Positions 55,974 to 60,372 of a DNA stretch of 60,372 nt are shown one piece after another. The notes beneath the pieces are model-generated. The model did no database searches. It was not told where the DNA came from and saw only the letters and a program-made list of their open reading frames with translations. Numbering within the stretch: the stretch's first letter is position 1; each line of letters opens with the position of its first letter. The translations under genes and the position numbers were made by a program. The stretch comes from Candidatus Moraniibacteriota bacterium (GTDB taxonomy: Bacteria; Patescibacteriota; Minisyncoccia; Moranbacterales; UBA2206). The DNA lies in contig JAAXWW010000002.1 of NCBI GenBank assembly GCA_013334765.1, positions 87,453 through 147,824 on the forward strand, read 5' to 3'.

Positions 55974-57632
55974 TCACAAAATTTTCTTTAACACATAGTT
56001 ATGAATGACCAGATAATCCATTTCAGTACCCAAGAAACACCTAACTGCGTCATCAGGAGTTTCTACTAGCGGTTCGCCAGCAACATTAAATGATGTATTT
56101 AAAATCATAGGTACCTTAGTTAGTTTGTAAAACTTTTTTACCAACTCATAAAAAATACCATTTTCTTTTTTGGTTAAAGTTTGGATTCTGCAAGTGTTAT
56201 CCACATGAGTTACTGCTGGTATTTTTTTTATTTTATCCTTTTTTACTTTGGCAACAAATAACATAAAGGGACTCCGCTCGTTAATGTCAAAGTAATCACT
56301 CATTCTTTCTAGTAAAACAGATGCTGCAAATGGACGAAATTCTTCGCGATTTTTCACCTTTTTATTTAATATATCTTTCATATCTCTTCTCCGCGGATCG
56401 CAAATAATACTTCGATGACCCAAAGCGCGAGGCCCCAGCTCACTTCCTCCCTGAAACCACCCTACAATATTTCCTTCGCTTACTAGCTTAGCAACAATTT
56501 CTGGTATTTGATTCAATTCATATTCTTTCAATTCGTATTTATTAGCTCTAGAAATTACATCATCCTTAAATCCAGATCTATTTTTTAATTTTTTACCTAT
56601 CTCATTATCATTATAAATCTTTCCACGGTAATCATGCACCCACTTGCTTCTTTTATTTCTTTTATTTTTACCCAATACATAATATCCATATAAAGCGTTT
56701 CCGACACACTGACCAGAGTCATTTGCGGCTGGAAATATATGCATATTTTTTATTTTTTTATTATTCAATAGCTTCGTGTTGCATACACTATTCAATGCAC
56801 CACCTCCAGCTAGACATAAATTTTCACTTTTTGTTAAGCCGATCGCTTTTTCAACATCACCAAAAATAGCCCTTTCAAACTCAGATTGAACCCAGGCTGC
56901 CATATCTTTATAATCATTTACGCTGTTTTCAGAAAAACATTTCGGAATATTTATTTTATTGCTCTTACAAAAATGACTCAATCTGTCAGATAAATAACCT
57001 TCAGAACCAAAATTATTTATATAAAAGCCATCTATTCGTTGTGAATAAATAGGATACTTACAAAATTTATCTGAAATGCCATAAGAAGCAAGTCCCATCG
57101 TCTTTCCAGCTTCACTACTTGTCCATCCGAAATAAGAAGTAAAGATCTCATAAGCTTTCGTTATTCCTCTTTGGGCATCTCTTAACGGATTTCCTCCGAT
57201 TTTTGTTATCTTATTTTCATTGCCGATATAAAAACTCTCAGTATCTTGTCCATTTCCATGCCCATCATAAATAAAAATTGTCGCTTCATTAAACTTTGAT
57301 GTGAAAAACGCTGAACAAGCATGAGACAAGTGGTGATCAACCGAAAAACATTTTTCCTTAGGAAATCCTATGGATTGCAACCCACCATCATATTTTTTTG
57401 GCAACTTATTTTTATAACCGCTAAAAACTATAGCGTCTATGTCTCTTATATTAATTTTTGAACAATTAAGGCAATAAAAAAGAGAGTTAATCCAGCCAGA
57501 GGAGTTTTTCTTTCTATTCAACCGCTCTTCACTGATGGCAACAACGATTTTACCGTCTACACACAATGCACACCCACCATCATGCCCGGTGTTAATACCT
57601 ATAACATTTTTAATTGTTCTTTTTTTAGACAT
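55974..57632 (-). CDS. Carbamoyltransferase (NodU/CmcH/TobZ family)
   Basis: IGINTGHDGGCALCVDGKIVVAISEERLNRKK, DHHLSHACSAFFTS, GGGALNSV and the C-terminal HVDNTCRIQT..NTSFN. Confidence 0.9.
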   Translation of the reverse strand: MSKKRTIKNVIGINTGHDGGCALCVDGKIVVAISEERLNRKKNSSGWINSLFYCLNCSKINIRDIDAIVFSGYKNKLPKKYDGGLQSIGFPKEKCFSVDHHLSHACSAFFTSKFNEATIFIYDGHGNGQDTESFYIGNENKITKIGGNPLRDAQRGITKAYEIFTSYFGWTSSEAGKTMGLASYGISDKFCKYPIYSQRIDGFYINNFGSEGYLSDRLSHFCKSNKINIPKCFSENSVNDYKDMAAWVQSEFERAIFGDVEKAIGLTKSENLCLAGGGALNSVCNTKLLNNKKIKNMHIFPAANDSGQCVGNALYGYYVLGKNKRNKRSKWVHDYRGKIYNDNEIGKKLKNRSGFKDDVISRANKYELKEYELNQIPEIVAKLVSEGNIVGWFQGGSELGPRALGHRSIICDPRRRDMKDILNKKVKNREEFRPFAASVLLERMSDYFDINERSPFMLFVAKVKKDKIKKIPAVTHVDNTCRIQTLTKKENGIFYELVKKFYKLTKVPMILNTSFNVAGEPLVETPDDAVRCFLGTEMDYLVIHNYVLKKIL

Positions 57633-57633
57633 A

Positions 57634-58035
57634 TTAATACAAAAACTGGGAATTTAACAAATCCTGCGCGACAAGTTTCTGATTAAACGCAAAATTAAAA
57701 TCTAAAATTCTTTCATCTATTGGAAACCATCCATAATTTGACAACTCATTATTCAATTTGAGTGATTTTTCAGAAAAATCACAAAGATAATAAAATGCCT
57801 TGATAGTATTTCCATTGCTCTTCATAGAATATTCCTGGAAAAATCGTATATTTTTAGCTTCTATCTTCAATTCCTCTCTTAATTCTCTTAACAGTGCATC
57901 CTTTTTCAATTCTCCCCTGTTAGCTACCCCGCCAGGAAAAGACCACTTGCCACACTCATCTTCTTTTTCTGAACGCTGCACCAAAAGAATTTTTTTATCT
58001 TTTATAATAATTGCATCTACTATTATTGTTATCAT
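57634..58035 (-). CDS. Nudix hydrolase
   Basis: Nudix box PGGVANRGELKKDALLRELREELKIE. Confidence 0.85.
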   Translation of the reverse strand: MITIIVDAIIIKDKKILLVQRSEKEDECGKWSFPGGVANRGELKKDALLRELREELKIEAKNIRFFQEYSMKSNGNTIKAFYYLCDFSEKSLKLNNELSNYGWFPIDERILDFNFAFNQKLVAQDLLNSQFLY

Positions 58036-58059
58036 ATAAAAAAATTAAAAAATCATCCT

Positions 58060-58091
58060 GCTCGGGCTATCAATAATATGATAGCCCGAGC
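58060..58091 (-). promoter_or_regulatory. Perfect 13-bp stem-loop between the NDK-like and Nudix genes (intra-operon processing or attenuation site candidate)
   Basis: gctcgggctatca - ataata - tgatagcccgagc. It starts 1 nt after the NDK-like stop codon. On the minus strand the T-run begins only 7 nt after the stem. Confidence 0.5.
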
Positions 58092-58538
58092 TTAATATTT
58101 GCAGAAATTTTTAAAAATCTCTACTTCTACGCGCGCATCACCCTTATTATCGGATTTGTGCACCGCATTCAAAAAGAACTCCCTGCCCCTGTAAAAACCA
58201 GAACTACCCAAACCAAACATTCTCCTAAGCGTACCGATCGCGCATCTCGATGGTTGCGGGCTTAATCCACAGAATCTTTTAAATCTTGCTACAGCATCAA
58301 AACCTTCGATTATGCCCAATTCAGATGTGCCCATACTCATAAAATAAACATAGGCACTAAATAGCTCTTCATCTCTCAAATAGAGCTGGTCAAGCCTTCT
58401 AAACAACAGTAAGTCATTGTAGGTCAGCCTCCTTTCGAGTGTATCACTAATAATGAAACCATTATCAATAATAACACCCGTTATTTCCTTCCTACGATTA
58501 AACGCTTCCGGCTTGATAATAAACAGGGTTTGTTCCAC
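58092..58538 (-). CDS. Divergent nucleoside-diphosphate-kinase-like protein
   Basis: TLFIIKPEAF (NDK IKPD), YFMSMGTSELGIIEG, GTLRRMFG and NAVHKSD (NDK NxxHGSD, catalytic His retained). Confidence 0.55.
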   Translation of the reverse strand: MEQTLFIIKPEAFNRRKEITGVIIDNGFIISDTLERRLTYNDLLLFRRLDQLYLRDEELFSAYVYFMSMGTSELGIIEGFDAVARFKRFCGLSPQPSRCAIGTLRRMFGLGSSGFYRGREFFLNAVHKSDNKGDARVEVEIFKNFCKY

Positions 58539-58567
58539 TGCATCCTCCTTGATTTAAAGGTTCTTTT

Positions 58568-59188
58568 TTAATTTGTCTTATCGGTTTGACAAATTTTTTT
58601 ATCTGTAAAACTTAGGATTTCTTTAATTGATTTATATTTATCTTCCACCATTTTTCTTGCAAAAGGTATTGTAAGTTTTTTCCATGATCTTTCAATTTTA
58701 TCATCAATCCATTTTGCCCCGTCTTCAAGTGACATTTCTTTTTTACCAAAAGCTGAATAAAAAAGAATAATTCTGAATTCAAAATGGGACATTGCATCTG
58801 CACACGCAACTATCTCTTCCTCTATGCTTGTTTTTTTAATATTACAACTTCCTCGATGAGCATATATGCATCGGGAAACTTTTTTTATTTTTTCAGGGCT
58901 ATATTTAAGTTTTTTTAATATTATAGTAGCCTCATACGAACTAGTTTTATGATGATTCTTAACATCACCTCGAACTCTTGTTAAATCATGCAGCCAGCAT
59001 GCCAACTCCACAATCTCGATATCTGCTCCAAGCTTTTTCGCCAACATCTTTCCATATTCAACTACGGGATATATATGGTATTTCCAACGATCTTCAGTCG
59101 TGCAAGCATCTTTAACAACACATTTTACTTCGTTCAATATCCTAGCATAATTATAATCATTTTTTTTTGCTATATCTGACATAATCAT
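58568..59188 (-). CDS. HD-domain phosphohydrolase
   Basis: H...HD...H...D pattern: KYHIYPV, LACWLHDLTRV, IYAHRG and CADAMSH. Confidence 0.8.
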   Translation of the reverse strand: MIMSDIAKKNDYNYARILNEVKCVVKDACTTEDRWKYHIYPVVEYGKMLAKKLGADIEIVELACWLHDLTRVRGDVKNHHKTSSYEATIILKKLKYSPEKIKKVSRCIYAHRGSCNIKKTSIEEEIVACADAMSHFEFRIILFYSAFGKKEMSLEDGAKWIDDKIERSWKKLTIPFARKMVEDKYKSIKEILSFTDKKICQTDKTN

Positions 59189-60177
59189 TTTTTAAACTTC
59201 TTGTCTATGTATTCGGGAGTTACACCAAACCGCCAAAAATCATAGTATTTCTGCCTATGGAGAAACCCGCTATAATCTCTCCTTTTCTTTTCTTTTACTA
59301 TCTCTTTCATTAATTCTATTTTTTCTTCTAATGTTTTATTTCTAAAATCACGGACATGATTAAGATTTATTGTGCAATTTGAAACAAAACCATTAGGACT
59401 CACTCTGATTTTTGGACATTTTTTTTGATCACATTTAAATCCTACGCTAAAATTTGGGTTAACGCCATATATTCCTCTTTTTCCTTTAATCTTAAAATAA
59501 GATGACTTGGGAACATCCCCAAAAATTTTAACAGGAGTTAGCTCTCCTATATCTTTCATATGATTCAACATCTCATTTTCCGATACAAATTGATCTTCAA
59601 AAATTGACTTATTATATTCATACATTTGACCACAAGGTACTATTTCTAAGAAACGTACGACCACCTTTCCATTATATTTATCGAAATAATCAATCATTTC
59701 TCCTATTATACTTATGTTTGATTTCGTAACTACGCAATTAATTTTAATCTTATTATATAAATCAACCGCCTTATCAATAGAGGTTATCACTTTATGTAAT
59801 CCATCGTAACCACATATTTTTTTGTACTTTTCTGACTCAAGAGAATCTAGACTAAAATTAATTTTTGTTAAGCCATATTCTCTTAAATCTTCCGCGATCT
59901 TGCTATATAAAATACCATTCGTTGTTAAGCTTTGTCGCACAATTCCTATTTCCTTTGCTTTTTTAACAAGTTTTAAAAAATCTGGCCTTATCGTAGGCTC
60001 TCCCCCTGTCCAACTAACTTTTTTTATCCCAGCCTGAAAAGCCGCCCGTAACAAATCTTCTATATCTTTTTCAGACATTAGCTCCCTGGGATTTGCAACG
60101 CGCTGAGTATTGCAATAAATACAATTTAAATTACACAGAGATGTGACTGATATTCTTAAAGTATAATTATTTTCCAT
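59185..60177 (-). CDS. MoaA-like radical SAM enzyme (atypical; probably not a bona fide GTP 3',8-cyclase)
   Basis: LRISVTSLCNLNCIYCN (CX3CX2C), VSWTGGEPTIRPD, LTTNG and VVRFLEIVP. The C-terminal Cys triad KCDQKKCPKIRVSPNGFVSNC is CX4CX13C, whereas MoaA has CX2CX13C. There is no C-terminal Gly-Gly. Confidence 0.8.
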   Translation of the reverse strand: MENNYTLRISVTSLCNLNCIYCNTQRVANPRELMSEKDIEDLLRAAFQAGIKKVSWTGGEPTIRPDFLKLVKKAKEIGIVRQSLTTNGILYSKIAEDLREYGLTKINFSLDSLESEKYKKICGYDGLHKVITSIDKAVDLYNKIKINCVVTKSNISIIGEMIDYFDKYNGKVVVRFLEIVPCGQMYEYNKSIFEDQFVSENEMLNHMKDIGELTPVKIFGDVPKSSYFKIKGKRGIYGVNPNFSVGFKCDQKKCPKIRVSPNGFVSNCTINLNHVRDFRNKTLEEKIELMKEIVKEKKRRDYSGFLHRQKYYDFWRFGVTPEYIDKKFKK

Positions 60178-60237
60178 TATTTTATAAATAGGATAATATT
60201 GATATTTCAGTTAAATATACAACTTCTATAAAATATG

Positions 60238-60372
60238 TCAAATTTTTGTATTAGATGAGTACATCTTGGACACCCGGGAGTATTTCTGGGTAAATTCGAT
60301 AGGAGTCAGATAATCCAGGGCCTGATGCGGCCGATTGAAATTGTATTCGATCAGCCATTCGGTCAGGTTGCG
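60238..60372 (-). mobile_element. 3' end of an rve (integrase-core, IS3/IS481-like) transposase gene; the N-terminal part lies outside the window
   Basis: Not in the ORF track because it is edge-truncated. My translation is RNLTEWLIEYNFNRPHQALDYLTPIEFTQKYSRVSKMYSSNTKI*. The W..YN..RPH.AL...TP motif is typical of the C-terminus of DDE integrase-core transposases. Confidence 0.7.

Noticed and set aside
59185-60177. Annotating the radical SAM gene simply as moaA (molybdenum cofactor biosynthesis)
   Set aside because: There are no other Moco genes in the window. The second-cluster spacing differs (CX4 instead of CX2), and the C-terminal Gly-Gly needed for GTP binding in MoaA is absent. The gene partners (HD, NDK-like, Nudix, carbamoyltransferase) do not fit Moco synthesis.
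1-60372. Alternative genetic code (UGA recoding, as in some candidate phyla)
   Set aside because: Long, motif-complete ORFs are obtained with the standard code, and several genes end in TGA at family-appropriate lengths (for example the kinase at 50809-50811). There is no evidence for recoding.

Overview
This is a ~60.4 kb window that is almost fully coding, with about 55 protein genes, most on the minus strand. I recognised no rRNA, tRNA or CRISPR array. The organism looks like a small-genome uncultivated bacterium, possibly Patescibacteria/CPR-like. That is my inference from start codons that mostly lack a Shine-Dalgarno sequence, a DUF4012 protein, a membrane-anchored MurF and a very high density of glycosyltransferases.

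Layout:
- 1-34 kb: a very large cell-envelope glycan locus. It holds GT-B, GT-A and at least four GT-C-type membrane glycosyltransferases, a GtrB/ArnC-like polyprenyl-phosphate glycosyltransferase and a Wzx-like flippase. It also holds a gmd/ColD-like/Fcl-ColC-like module (GDP-3,6-dideoxyhexose, colitose-type), three radical SAM enzymes (one SPASM/twitch, two B12-domain), galU and an rfbA-like gene.
- 34-37 kb: glyA and an atypical RmlD-like reductase.
- 37.4-45 kb: accessory-looking genes. These are two unknown envelope proteins, an ABC-2 transporter and a translationally coupled Fic / C39-like peptidase / ASCH trio.
- 45-50 kb: ddl, murF, a hydrolase, cysK and a Nudix gene.
- 50-60.4 kb: a truncated Bro-N gene bracketed by a duplicated terminator, then an orphan histidine kinase with an internal compositional break. 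After that comes a low-GC block ending at a transposase fragment.

The most interesting candidate is the operon in that low-GC block: MoaA-like radical SAM, HD phosphohydrolase, NDK-like, Nudix and NodU/CmcH carbamoyltransferase. I read it as a possible modified-nucleotide pathway.

Both window edges carry truncated genes that are absent from the supplied ORF track. All family assignments come from motifs read by eye; no database search was run.
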